Source: Eledone cirrhosa (taxonomy: Eukaryota). From it: a stretch of DNA of 64,000 nucleotides. Each line of letters opens with the position of its first letter. The first letter of the stretch is position 1. The position numbers and the translations under genes are program-made. The stretch spans positions 90,644,001 to 90,708,000 of the forward strand of contig OZ024740.1 in the NCBI GenBank assembly GCA_964016885.1, written 5' to 3'. Under the pieces are notes generated by a model. That model was not told the DNA's origin. It worked only from the letters and a program-made list of their open reading frames with translations, and ran no database searches. Positions 31,323-45,559 of this stretch are shown one piece after another.

Positions 31323-31426
31323 TGTTTCTACTTTTGGCACTAGGCCAGCAATTACCCAGTGCATTACTGGTACTTTATTTTATCGACCCCGTAAGGATGA
31401 AAGGAAAAGTTAACCTTGGCGGGATT
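31323..31426 (-). mobile_element. SINE, 5'-truncated, 11-bp TSD
   Basis: Core sequence; TSD tatgtaataat at 31312-31322 and 31427-31437. Confidence 0.9.
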
Positions 31427-34229
31427 TATGTAATAATAAAGATTCATAATAGTTCATTTTCACTTTTTGAGAGTGTTTACTACTTATATTTGATTATTGC
31501 TTTCCAACATAAATGTTATTGAACATTAGGCTGTTTTCGTAACCTATTATTCTTTCATTAATAGTTTGTTTGAGGTTACAATTTCGCCTTTTGTATATTC
31601 AATATAATTCCATATACATCATGCTTAATATCAAGAAGGATTTACATCAAGTATGAGATAGTTTCAAAAATCAAATATAATTTGTATTTAACAATTTCCT
31701 TTTATGTCTATATCCTTTATAACAAAGGCATAACGAATCAATTTGAATTCCAAACTTGACGATATATGTCTATATGTACGTAAGATATATATTTGAATGT
31801 TCTCCACGTTTGAAAGAGGTTTAATATACCTCTCATGCATTTTGAAGTTGGGGGTTGAGCATTGATATTGCTTTGAATTATTTCTCACCCTCGCATAATG
31901 TTTGGTAAATGGATTTGATTTCATTTAATTATGTTGCCAAATGTCATGGCATAGCCACAACGAAAAATTATAAAATTATTTAAAGATATAGCATGAAATA
32001 ATCTTCATAAGTTATGTCATATAATAATTGAAAACAAATATACCGAGTGTAACATCATATTGATATTACTAATTATATGATTATGTTAAAGTTTCGTTCT
32101 AGATTATAATTATGTAAATTATTGTCAAATGAGGTTGGGATATTTATGAACGTTAATTAATAGAGATAAACATATTTAATGTCGATTATAACTTCACCAC
32201 ATTTTTTTTTAATTTCCGTCCGCAGACAAACGTGTTTTATGACAAAACCATGATAATGATATTATCATATAACTGTTCTCATTATCAGCAGAAAAATAAC
32301 ATCTCATCATATTCATCATGCATCGATATAACCGAGTGTGCTATTCAAAATTTTGAAATATAGCTCTATCCTGTGCTTTTCCTACTGATTTTATTTCGAT
32401 TATAATAATATGTTTATAGTATTATCTCACTGAACTAAATATATGCTAAATATAAATTGCATACGTAATGCAGTTCATAGATTTCTTGTTAACATTGCCA
32501 TTTAATTACCTAATAATATCAGTTTAAAAACATGCCATAATGTATGTTATCATACATACATTCTCTCAAGAAAATGCATTGTAACAAATGATGTCAAAAT
32601 AATATTATATCACACATTTTCACCATATATATTCTTGAATGAGCTAACCATTTTTCGGCTATCTTGAGAAACGTAAACTATGTACACATCAGCAAATAAA
32701 TATACATCCAAACAGCAGGCATATTGTGAACATTCACATGGTATTTGCTTTGTTTGCTCATAAGATAGCTGTTACAGCATTAGCTCAATCATTCCTACAT
32801 GCCTACAACACTCTATCTTCAAGTAGAGGATTTTTTAATACATCAACTGATTTACAAGGCCTCTGGTATATTTATGTCTGTGTTTTCTTCTTATTTCATT
32901 TGATTCAGATATAGAATTTTAATCTGCTGGCTGTCTTATATATCTTGCCACAAATCGGAAACCTACTTATATCTGGAGATGTAGAGTGTTTGAAATGTTA
33001 TATATTTTGTCATTGTGTTATGATGGTTTTCATATGGTTAAAAAAACAGCCTTATAGAGAAAGGCAGAGTGAGAGATAGCGCAACATTTTCGATACCACG
33101 AAACTCACCCGTATAACTCGTTTCCGCCGTACTATTGAATGTTTCGGTTCATCCAATAATTTTCACACTGATTTCATTGTCTGTCATATATGAAGGCAGA
33201 CCTTTTCCATGTTTCTTAATACACACTTTAAATGTTTTCTCTGGCATATGCCTTGCTCTTTTTCCTTTAAAAATCTCACCATAAAAATAAAATATTTGGA
33301 AGCATTATCTGCTTCATGTGTCAGGATGCCATGACGAGCACACTTGACATTTATATAAAAGAAGATTGATTGTAACGCACTCCAATCGTTGCAAATTTAC
33401 ATATCGTATGCCATACTGTATGTTTTCTCAATAACTAGAACACTCGTGGTCTAGACCGATGCAGATGAAAACCATTCAATATGATTCCACATATGAATAA
33501 ATTACGTTCAGAACAGTCTTTTACACTTAGTTGTTTAATATGTGTCGCTTTCTATAGTCCCTTAACGATCTTATTTGAACTATTTATAACTTGGAGCATT
33601 AGGCATGATCGTTTGTCTTACAATGCGTGAAACTATTCTATTCAAATCGCTGTTGGCACGTAAATCATATAATAAAGAAATTATCTATATATAATCTGCC
33701 AATTACATTATCACCAATATACTATAAACTGTAAAAGTACTCCACGTAGAAAAAAATGTGCCCATATTCACACGCATACACACATAAATTCTAATTCATT
33801 ATTACGATTTAATCACTTCAAATCAGGATTTATCAGCTAGTGGTAACATTTAAGAATAGGTAGCAGTAAAACTGAAGTAGAACTAATTACCTATATAATT
33901 CTAATTATGCTGTCTACTTTATGATTCCGTTGTAGCTGAAACAAAAGAGCCTGATAATTGAAATTGGTGTTCTATAATGCCTGTATTCAACTCCGAGAAA
34001 GTTTATATCATTTCAATTTCTATGTCATACAAGCGTAAGAGTCTGAAATATTTAGATTTATAACATATCTTTCTCAGAAAATTAATTGAAGCATGATTGT
34101 TTATCCCTCTAAGATTATGTGACCGTAAATAAAATACATTGCAATTAGATTCTACCTGACATATTTAGGAGAAAATAAAACCCAAAACAATCACAAGACA
34201 AAATGTTGAAGGAATGTGGAATCCCACAA

Positions 34230-35030
34230 ACACCGGTAACTGTTATCAAATGCCTTAATGCAGATAAGCATCAAATCGTGTCCTTGGAATTCTCAATGCA
34301 CAAACTAAATGCACAAACTAAATAATTAGTAAAATAAACAAATTCCGGGAGAAGTTTGCACATGGCTATGTGAGACAAAATCCACAGACTATTGCGGGTA
34401 GTAAATAAATATTATGCCTGACATAGACTTACGACAATTTCATAATATCATAACTTTAAAGATGCATTCAGGAACAAGAAAACACCAAATATCTACTGCT
34501 TAAATGAAAGAGGTTATCAGTTGAAAATAAATGTAAGCTGTGCAATACAACGCCCGGTGATGTTAACCATAGAATTGCTAACTCTGAAATATTGTCATAT
34601 ATTTACTACCACCCCGTGAGACATGATGCGATAGCTATAAATATCTGGAATGAATTATGAAGGATGAAAGGAAAATCATATAGAGAGGAATAGACTGACA
34701 TTGCTGGGTCAAAGTGATACTGGTATAACCGAAACATATAGCCACTACCAAATTAAAATTAAAAAAATAATATTGTTGTTTGAGCTCACACTTTAAAAAC
34801 TTACTATGTATTAGGAGTCAATTGAACAAAATATGTAAAGGAGGTAGGAAAACTGCAGGACCATCGTTGAGGAGAACCAGATTATATACCAACATACCTG
34901 GATCGAAATCTAACCTAAATTGCATGTGTGAATAAAGAAAGTACTTCCTTAATTTATAAGTCAGAAATAGCCATGATATCTGAAAACTGCCAAACTCTGC
35001 AAAATATTCTTACGATTCAAATGATGTTCG
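34230..35030 (+). mobile_element. R4/Dong-like RLE non-LTR retrotransposon 3' fragment, decayed
   Basis: IQEQENTKYL and NKCKLCNTTPGDVNH..YHPVRHDAIA (CCHC knuckle/RHD) at ~34465-34640. Confidence 0.65.
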
Positions 35031-35370
35031 CTTACACAAATGAGGAGGACAATTTTATTTTACTTAAATTCCAGTAAACCGGACGTGGTTCGGTACAAAC
35101 GAAACAGAAAAATTAAGAGAAAAACAGAACACAGACGCAAATGTACATGCTAACATACATACTCTCATATATATATTCAATTAGACAGTTATGTAGTCAG
35201 AAGTATAGTGTGATCAAATGTATTTTTGTTACAACCCATATGTATATACAATTCAAAGGGATATATGTATATAATTAGACATAGTCACAGATATATCTAT
35301 ATGAGTTTGGCTACCTTTAACAGTGTGGCTCAATGAAGAATTAATTAAGCAAATAATTATTAATCAGAGC

Positions 35371-36145
35371 TATATATAAAATTGCAAGTTTGAAGAATTA
35401 TTAGATAAAATATATACAGTATTTCCTTTCCCTAGTCCGTAGAAATCAACCACATAAATAATCATTTAAACGAGGCTATACGTTTAAAATGTAACTATGA
35501 AGAAATAATAGACAAATGATACAGACTATCTTCCGCGAGGGATAGCCAGATAAAATTTAACTAGTCATTCCTTTTTAGCCCGTAGAAATGGAGTAGACAA
35601 ATAATCAACTCTATAGAGTTAGGTTTAAAATAGAAGTTTGAAGAAAAAATGAATATAAACCTAACCAACATTGCTCTGGTCTCGAATACCGGCAGTTTCG
35701 TTCCTTTTCTGCGAATATACCCGATCCTGGATCTATCCACGAGGCTTGAAACTCACCAAGAGACACCTCAAGTCTAGACCAAAATTTCTACCGTGATCCC
35801 CGCCGGAAGTGATTTCAAAAATGGCTAAGAACTATCACAGGGCTAGCGGTCAAGGCAGAAAGTTGTGATTGGTTGCTAGTCGGCGAGTCGGTTGGTTGCT
35901 AGGAAGCGCAGCCAGATCCTGCCTAATGTTTTACTTTTACAGGATTGGGTATATCCGCAGAAAAGGAACGAAACTTCCGGTAGTCGACACTAGAGGAATT
36001 TTGGTAAGGTTTATATGCATTTTTTCTTCAAACTTATAGCCTCGTTTAAATGATTATTTATGTGGTTGATTTCTACGGACTAGGGAGAGGAAATACATTA
36101 TATATTTTATCTAATAATTCTTCAAACTTGCAATATTATATATAT
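35371..36145. mobile_element. Fold-back element with long imperfect inverted arms
   Basis: 35371-~35729 versus ~35940-36145 reverse complement; left arm has ~150 extra bp; both arms end at TA runs. Confidence 0.75.
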
Positions 36146-36210
36146 GCACACACAAACACACACACACAGACACATACACACTCATACACACACACATATA
36201 TATATATATA

Positions 36211-36527
36211 TAGTTATGTAATAAACAACATAAGGCAATTATTTCATTTACCAGTGGTTTCTTAAAAGCAAACAAATTTTGCTTTCAATCATCAGAATGA
36301 AAAAAAATCATGGTGCATTTATTGTCATTGGATTTTTTCTAAAGTTCCAGTGTCAATAAATACACCAGGATTTTTTCATTTTGATGATTGAAAGCAACAT
36401 TTGTTTGCTTTTAAGAAACCACTCGTAACTGAAATAATTGCCTTATGTTATTTATTACATAACTATTAAGCTCTGTTACCTACATATAGCACTCCTTTTT
36501 CCTGGACCTTTCCGACGGAATTACTTC

Positions 36528-36530
<3 letters not shown>
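36211..36530. mobile_element. Fold-back pLTR mini-element with mirror HHRs
   Basis: Palindrome 36211-36465 centred ~36338 plus unique tail 36466-36530; between (TA)n and (CA)n. Confidence 0.85.
36243..36301 (-). ncRNA. Type-I hammerhead ribozyme (intact core); mirror copy 36375-36433(+) has TTGATGA
   Basis: ttcatt CTGATGA ttgaaagcaaa..tttgcttttaa GAAA ccactgg TA aatgaa. Confidence 0.85.
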
Positions 36531-36607
<77 letters not shown>

Positions 36608-36649
36608 ACACACACACGCACACACACATATATATATATATATATGTAT

Positions 36650-37014
36650 GTAAAAGGTAAACAGAAAAAAATAACACAATCGGTACAGTATATGGAAGGG
36701 ATATATTAGGTTCACGCTTGATATAGCAGGAAGAGGGTTTTAACGTTTCGGACGCTGGTCCTTCATCAGAAGAAAGAATGAGAAATAAGATAGATTGAAG
36801 GGACAGGCTGGTGGTAATTGGATAAATGTCTTTAGATAAACATAACAGACCCATTTGTTGAGATCTCTTGTCAAACAGTTGGTGCTGGAGTTCTGTGTAT
36901 GATTTATTTTTTTAGCAAAGTGGATGATGGAGCGTCTCTACCTGAAATGGAAAAAAAAAAACGTTTCGTAAAAAGAGCTATACTTGTGCACGTGCATAAA
37001 CATTGTGTGTGTGT

Positions 37015-37092
<78 letters not shown>

Positions 37093-37995
37093 GTGTGTGT
37101 GTTATACGTCCGTATGACGCTAAGAAGAAATGTGTGTGTATATGTGAGTGAAAGAGTGTGTGTGCATATAAGTAAGAAGCTATGAGAAAAAGTATGTTAA
37201 TATAAGGGTGTGTATACAAACCAGTGGAGGGAAAAGTGGAGTGAGCCCATATAGTCGGACTGTATTAGTTGTAAGTGATGACAATGATCAAGAGAAAGCG
37301 ATAGGAATCTAGCAGTGTGATAATGGACGGTGTATTAGAGAAATTTGGGAGGTGAGTCCTAGAGGGGAATAGGACCCATAGCGATGAATCAGACTTTGTT
37401 CAGTCCCGGTGCGCGAGGCCTGTGATCCATGATGTAAAAGGACACCCAGGACTGAAACATATAGGGAAGAATACCCAGGAGAACAGAAATGACAGGCGAC
37501 AGGTGTATCCAAATCGAGTCCTATGTCCCTCAAATGCTCGGCAAAATGATCCCCCATACGGCGTCGCGTTTGTCCGGTATATAATGACGAGCAAAGGAAA
37601 CACCAGAGCGCATAGACAACGTGAGTGGATGTGCAGGTGAAAGAGTAGCAGATCAGGAAAAAGCCCGTTAGGGCCTGTCAGAGTGGTGACGGTGGAAATA
37701 TAGAGACAGGTGTTGCAGTGAGAACGGGAACAAGGATGAGAGCCGGATGGGGTCGTGGGAGAGGACGAAGAGGAACTGCGAACCAGAGGTAGGGTGATGG
37801 GGTGGTATGTGAGAGGGAAAGGAACGTGGGTGTTGGGAGGGCGGGGTGAGGTGAGAGGGCTGTGGTACAGTCTGTTTCACGGGCGCGAGTGAGAGCAGCT
37901 TCGATTATCCAGGCTGGATGAAGCAAGAAGCCATGGGTAGTGTTGGGGTAAGGTGTAGGGCGTAAGTCTAAAAAATGTTGGAGAGATTGGAGGCC
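36650..37995 (-). mobile_element. PLE 3' fragment (GIY-YIG + pLTR) with HHR-like motif at 36738-36773
   Basis: VVYALWCFLCSSLYTGQTRRRMGDHFAEH..PVACHF..PLGL; CTGATGA aggac-cagc-gtcc GAAA cgt TA with weak stem I. Confidence 0.82.
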
Positions 37996-38247
37996 AACAT
38001 CATGATGTATGACGGTATCTTTTTATAACATCCGATTCCATCACCATGATCTACTTCACCAATACATAACTATACACCGGCACTGCATCAACAAATTGTC
38101 TCCAATGCAATACATACTGAATTTGCGTATATACGGAAATGGTGGTATTCCGTTGGGTAAAATTGTGTGAAAACTTCAGAAACGAATAGATATACGTGCT
38201 GCTTTCTCTTCGTGCCAATAATCCAGGGTCATTATTTTTCTTAGAAA

Positions 38248-38431
38248 GGCGGTGGATTAGCAGTATCGGTAGAGGGTCGGACGCCATGCTTTGCAGCATA
38301 GTTACGTCTCTTTACGATCTGAGTCCAAATCCCGCCGAGGTTGACTTTGCCTTTCATCTTTACGGGGTCGATAAAATAAAGTACCAGTAATGCACTGGGT
38401 AATTGCTGGCCTTGTGCCTAAAGTAGAAACA
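38248..38431 (+). mobile_element. Full-length tRNA-derived SINE, 17-bp TSD
   Basis: A-box-like tagcagtatcgg, B-box-like gagtccaaatccc; TSD attattt(t/g)tcttagaaa at 38231-38247 and 38432-38448. Confidence 0.93.
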
Positions 38432-38684
38432 ATTATTTGTCTTAGAAATAAAATAAGGCACCAAATATACATAGATGTAAGTACAACATAAATAAAGGCT
38501 TGGCTGAGAAGGCCATAAGCTGATGAGGATACTCTCTTAGAATGACAAAATGAAGTTTATTTTTCAACAAAGTCCCTGGAAAGTGACAAAGCACATATAA
38601 ATAAGAACATTTGAAATTTATTCATGCAATATTTCATAGCTCTATAATCATTCCTCATAATCAAGTTACCCTCGAAATCTCTCT

Positions 38685-39400
38685 TCTTCTTCTTCTTCTT
38701 CTTCTTCTTCTTCTTCTTCTTCTTCTTCTTCTTTTTCTTCTTTCCTGAGACATTCTAACCACATGCTCATCGTATCGGAAATATAATCTCTCAATTCGGA
38801 GAAGTAGCGGTTCTACCTGGAATGACTCTCTGATTGTTTAGTTACGCACATTATTCAGTAACGTTATCCCAAATACCCTTTGGAGGAATTCCATTTCGGC
38901 CGCTTGTATTCGTGATCGTCTTCTTTGGTTCATTACTCAAGACTCATGATTGACATGAAAACCGAATTCAAGATGGCGGGTTTGGTTTTTACGCCTATCT
39001 CCCTTCTGATTTCTGAATAGTAGAGTTGGCACATTACTGCACCAGCTTTTGCAATTCTTGAACTTTATGCAGCCTCATGATTTCTATAAATCGTGAACAC
39101 GGCTCCGAGATGCTCGAACTTCTCTAGCTGCTTCGTGGAACTCCATTCCAATGTAGAGTGCATTCTACAGGATTATTATCTGACTACAGTTCTAAGCAAG
39201 TTGATTAGGAATTACGTAAATCTTAGGTTTCATTTCATAATTTCCCTGTATTAGAATAAGAGTCATAAAAGGTTAGAGATATTCACTCAAGGGGCACATA
39301 CCCTAGGCCCTCTGCCACGTCAGCCGTATTTCTGAGTTACGGCGCATAAATCTGTTGTCATAAATATGACTGCGTTATCTCATCTATTCCAGTATTAAAA
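38685..39400 (-). mobile_element. RTE-clade (Rex3/Expander-like) LINE fragment
   Basis: SRIAKAGAVM..RSRIQAAEMEFLQRVFG..IRESFQVEPLLLRIER..HVVRM; (GAA)n tail. Confidence 0.85.
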
Positions 39401-39901
39401 GCAAATATACCGTTATCCTATATGAATTGCTATGCAGTCGTATGTTATCATACGTATTCGTGTAATCTGGGATCAATATTATGGAATATCACGCTTATAC
39501 AGGAAATGTCATTGCCCATCGTGTGGCTGATGTGGTATATATGTATTTTTTCATTTGTACCTGTGTGTAAAATTGATGTTGATTAACAACGTAAAATCCA
39601 GCCTGTCCTGTCTCTAGTTGTAAGAAAAATTATTTATATATATATTTATGTTTTACATCGGTGTACACCTCTGCTTTGGTGTTTCTTGACTCTGTGCTGT
39701 TGTGATATATCAGATACAACTTTCAGGACGTTGTTTCAATCAGTCACGAACCTGGATTTAAATTCATGCAATAACCGATTTGTTCTCGAAATTGCTTTCC
39801 CTAGAAGATGGCTGCTGAAGAGGGTTATAGATTTGTTTGTTCATTCATTCCGCACATTTCATTAATTTTCACGTCCTAAATGTATGTACCCCCCTCTCCC
39901 C

Positions 39902-39941
<40 letters not shown>

Positions 39942-42900
39942 AGAGAGAGAGAGAGAGAGAAAGAGGGGGGGGGGGAATTGAAAATTATACGGAAAATATA
40001 AGGATCAGCTTTTCTTTTTTTCTTCTTTGATTCTTCAATCCACTTTTTCTCTATAACCCTTCTTTTGTATAGAACCTTATTCCCTTTTCAAATATATATA
40101 TTTATATATATGTATATATATAAGCATGCACACACAACATAATATATATGTGTTTATATGTGTGTGCGTGTTACACGTTTGTTCTTCAAATTCTAGTTAG
40201 CTACATATTACATTGAGTGACATATGTAAATTGTGGTGAATGCTACACGCCTATGGACAGTTTGTCTATGAATAAAATATTAGATAATAATGTTAATCGA
40301 CAGGGTTACAAATTAATAGTTTCGTATCTGTTTCATTTCATGTTCAATACGGCGATAAACGATAACGTAAGAGCGATATTAATTTTCGAATTAATATGAT
40401 TAGAATCAAATAAACTGATGTCGCGTCACTCCTGCATATGAAACTCAAAGAATATATTTCTGCCCCTGGCTATAAATATGCGAATTAGATTTGGTATTAG
40501 CAGATTGACGTAAGAGCAAATAAAAGACATAATTTCAATTCACAATACATAGCAATTCAGTATCATATAATGTGAGCGAAAAGCAGCTGATTTGCTGGAA
40601 AACCCAATTTCTCTTCATATGAGGTTTCTATAGTATCCGAGAATATTAGGCTTAACATTGACCATTTCCCACATGTTATAAACATCATTCTTTATTCCTA
40701 AGTCTCTTTCAGAAAACTGTTTATAATGTATATAATCATCAAATGGCGGTCACGAGAATTTCTATTTTATACTTCTCTAAATCATTAACATTTTACATGG
40801 CTGATTTTACGAGATCAAAATGTATGCATATAACATTTGGTTCCCTCTGATTGATTTAAAGTGTGTTTGTGTGTTTGTGTATGTGTGCGCGCGCTTGTTT
40901 GTGTATACGTATAACCCGTGTCATAAATGTTCCAAAGTGCTTCAGTCAAAAGATCAGATTTCGTTTTGTACATAATTCATTTATAAGTATAAGATTAACT
41001 GTAATATTTACGTCTGTGAATGACAATCCATTGGCATTACTTCCATGAATAGATATATTTAATGATTTATTTGTGCAGTATCATACGCGCAGATATCTTT
41101 TCGTATGGTTTTTGATTATTGACATCTGAATTTAGTACTCAATAGCTTCCTGTGTACATGTTTACAAAACATTGTATCAGTAGCTTCGGGAATGTATATT
41201 CTATTCACAGGAACTATTTGTACTGCGTTGACACATGTTAAGGTTTCCGTCCCCATGTATTTATCGTGGTAACAATCTTTTTAAATATAATGTTGATGGG
41301 CTTTTTTTTTATCTCTATCAATTCTGGGTTATATGCAAAAGTAATTCATCTAACCATTACTCTACCAAATAAAATAGACGAAATGTTTGCGTAACATATT
41401 GAAAAAGGTAGATTGTTCGATCATTGGTATTCTTAAAGAAAATCTTTAACTAATGCATGTAATAAACACATGTGTTTACAATTTCACCTGCAGTGTTGAT
41501 CCAGTATATCGGATTATATTTACGGCATTGCTAGAGCGATATCTTTAGATCTTATGCGAAAACAAATATGTATCATAATTCTCTAAATTATTTTAAACAA
41601 AATGTCCTTTCTTTGCTAGTGTCAAATATATCTTATGTTTTTTTAAGTTAATGTCAAAGCTGTTTCATTGAATACTATCATGTATAGGCTGTTCCATCGA
41701 AGTACTGGACCGCTGATATTGAATATCAGGTTCCACTTTATATCGGTGAAACTCTCTGACAATAAGTTCGTATCAATACTGGAGGACAAATAACATGAAT
41801 CTAAATGTAAAGTTGAACGAAACAGATTAATGCATTGATTTAAACGCATGGTTTATGAAAAAGGGAAACGGCTATTGCAATAGAAATCCCAATAGGAAGT
41901 TGTATAAGAAAACAACTGAAAGTAATCAATTTAATTAAAGAGATATAGTATGAAATGTAAAGAAGGTATATTGTTCAAATATTATTGTCACGGGCATAAC
42001 AATGTCAATACAGAAATACGTCGAATGTTATAAGGAAAAAACAAACATAAATAAAATAAAATATTTGGAAGAGAAAATATGAAATTCTATGGAAACCACG
42101 AACGTGGCAATGTAAATATGTAGATGATTATACAGGAAATTTGACTAACTGCTCATGTGAAAATGAATATAAATCACATCAGACACGTATCAAATGTGAA
42201 TTATGAAAAGCAATAAAAGAAAAGTATAACAAGTGCAGACGAAACAAGAAGGAATACAACATATCGATATTTCATATGTAAGCCTATAGTAAAGAAATTC
42301 AACTGAATAATATGAGGAACATTATATGAGGACACAAAAGAAAAAAAATACGATTAAAAGAAAACCCTGAAAACACAGACGTTTGCTAATTTGAGAGATT
42401 ACACTTTGCTTAAAATGAAACACTGTCTTCTGAAAGAAAGAGAACCATAAAACTGAACCAGAATATTATTTTCAGACAGAACGAGGAGACTAGAACATAT
42501 TATTTAATCATTAAAATAAAGGAACAAGTTATTTGCGACAGCAACAATAGAAATCCTATAACATCGCAGAAATAATTAATATAAACATAATAATAGTGAA
42601 CATGTAAGTTATTCACAAAATAAAATAGGATGTTATGAGTTGAGTTAATGTTTGTTGATTTAATTTTATATATACAGACAGAAAGAGAGACTATATAGAA
42701 ACAAAAAAGGTGTATGGGAATTAAAATGCAGTGCAAATAAGGGGAGGGCAAATCTTAAACACTAGGCTAAATGGATAATCTCAAAGTGATCCGTGGAAAA
42801 TAATTCTACTTCATACTCGGGTATGCACATTTTGCAGAAGAGATCGGATTTAGCATTATGTTATATACCATTATATTAGCATTATGTTATTTACCATTAT

Positions 42901-45559
42901 GTTAGTATTATGTCATTTCAGTTATGATGTGTGATGTCATTCTATCAGAGTATATTGTTATCAGGAATGATAAAAGCAATTTTGGAAATCGAATTTCATA
43001 TTCGGAATCTACTTTTTCAAGATAAATACAATGCCATTTTACTAATTCGCATGTATCTGCGAACTTATTTGTGTCTGTATGAGGAAAACATGCCATCTAA
43101 CTCCCTTAATTGTAAGTATGTTTTGTTAATGATCATATGAACATTATAAACTAATAACGAAGTACGCAGGAAACATAGGACATCATCTGTTGCCAGTTGA
43201 AAACAAACACGTTGGCATTGAAAATAAGCCAGGTTGATTATACGGTAAGAGCATGGACCTGTATTTTAGAGTAAATTCGTATGAAATAGTATATTTCTAC
43301 ATAATTTTTATCTATACAGAACGACAATCTTATCAACGGACCCATATATAAAATAACCGTCCCTTCAATTGTCATCATGTTATACATATCTCTGTAAGAT
43401 TTTAAAATCAATCAATCCAAGGGAAAACTATAGGTTTCATATTGATTAGATTTAATGTAAGAAACAATTCCAGCAGCTACTAAATATTTAACTTACATGT
43501 AAATCTAAGGAAAAAATAACATTCATATATATATGTATGTGTGTGTGTGTGTGTGTTATTCATTTATTTATTTATTTTCTATCTGCACATGACTGCCATA
43601 CTAAATTGTTCTGATCTTACTCATACTATTTGAGATGTATCTTGCATTTATACGTAATTTTGCGTAAAAAAATATCAAAATATCTTTTCACGCTAGATAT
43701 TGATTTTTGCTATGAATAATATTTGGCGTAATTAAAGATGCTATTATATTTTTAATATTTCATTATGTTACTTAGATTACTGGCCGAATGACTGTTTAAT
43801 GAGTATAATTACTGCAAGACATTTAAATCAGGCAATATCAAAGTGGAATAAAAATTCTTAGTGTATTTCAATTACGTTATCTTCGATGGCTATTATGTCG
43901 AACAGCTTAAGTGGTCTGAAATCTTCATAAAACAACATTTTACGTATTAAGCATGCAGAATCTGAAGTACTATTTTATGAGGATGAAATAGAAGTAAATC
44001 ATTTTTTTTTTATATTTTTCATATTGAAATATGACATAGCCGGAAATTATATATTTGCTTCTTTTTTCATGTTTGAGGCAACATGAGATTAAAACAACTC
44101 CGTTTCTTGTTGAGTATTTGTATTTTTGGACTGCTACATATTGCTATATTCCGAACAAGAATATATAATAGAACACTGTTGAAGGTCAAATTGAAAGTAG
44201 AATATAATATTATAAGCATATACAAAACTAGTAATACAAGGATTACTAATATTTAATGAATATCTGTAAACGATTTGTTTTAAAGTGATAGAAGTGTGGA
44301 GTGAAATTATACTAATTTCATAATTGCAGTATATATTTATCAAAATATTTCTGTGAAAATAAAATAGTTTCGTTGATAATATAAAATGCTGCGTATGCAC
44401 TACTTTTATCACCCAAGTTGCTCTCATAATTTATTCGTCCATAAGGGACTATACTTCAAAACACATATTTATCCTACTATGCAGTGGAAACAACTCCATA
44501 GCACAGTGGAATCTCCAACCACATATAACTGCCGATGCCAGTAATATATACATTTAATAATTTGTTTTGTTTGAACTGGTTGCAACGTGTGTAATTCATA
44601 GGGAGCTGACATATACAACATATGAATGATAATAGCTTTTTTGATATTAGGGACAAAAAACTGTAAACAAGAGACTTTACGGATAAGTGAAATACATATC
44701 TATCAAATTCCAATTGCGAATGTAAACCACTATACCAAATGGTGGCTGACAACATAATCACACAAATTAAGCAGATATTCTTAACAGCATAAAGCAATTA
44801 AACAACCCATATGATTTTGGATGATCTGAAATTTAATATGTGGTAATTCAAATATAGAAAATAGTTGTAATAACAATTAATCGATAAAACATAATAAATG
44901 GATACAATATATTTCGAGACAGAAGAAAACGTTGCCACCAATGAGTAAGGAGTAATTCCGTATTTCTCAAAATTTGTACGGGTTTCTTAGTTTTTACCCA
45001 GGTGGCAGCTAATGAATTATTCTGTCCAATGAGGGAGTCTAATTGCTTGCGACTAGAACCGAATGAAAAATAATCATATGGATTATCGAGTCGTTTATAT
45101 GATTTGAAATATGAAAAATATGCATCCGGTCGTAGAAAATAACTGTAAGAAAATCGGATGTATATAAATAAATGTAGCCTTTCAAATATTGTCTAAAATG
45201 TATATTACAGTCTAAAATGTAGTTACAGACAAAAATGCTCCAACATTTACTAAGAAGAATAGAATTCCAGTCATGGAAATTAATCAATATGTTAAATAGA
45301 GGCTGACAACAGGTAGCAGGTATGAATAGCAAAATGTAAGGTGGGAATTTACGAAACGTCATGTAATTTAGATGTGTATAAATAAATTTGACTGTTACCT
45401 TCAATTAAATGACTGGGCCGTCTGTAACCTATATTTTAATGCATATAATTGTAAAAACTAATCATATTCTATGTTTATGTCATCTCAAGTGAGTGAAACA
45501 AGATGATAATGATAGTAGTACGAGACATTTTATATTAATTTGACCACTGGAAGTAACTC

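Noticed and set aside
35521-35550. cctcgcgg resembling the HDV ribozyme L3/P3
   Set aside because: P1, P2 and P1.1 pairings could not be built; it folds as a simple hairpin.
38248-38335. tRNA gene
   Set aside because: The A/B-box-like head belongs to a multi-copy SINE with a TSD; no full cloverleaf.
38520-38545. CTGATGA followed by a small hairpin
   Set aside because: No GAAA, stem III or stem I follows; chance match.
39815-40065. CTGAAGA gggttataga with complementary tctataaccct ~230 bp later
   Set aside because: No GAAA after the stem; a short inverted repeat only.
29100-45500. Short ORFs and AG/GT-bounded segments as host exons; possible very old LINE remnants at ~30900-31310 and ~41640-42720
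   Set aside because: No recognisable domain or consistent open frame; cannot be supported without alignment or RNA-seq.
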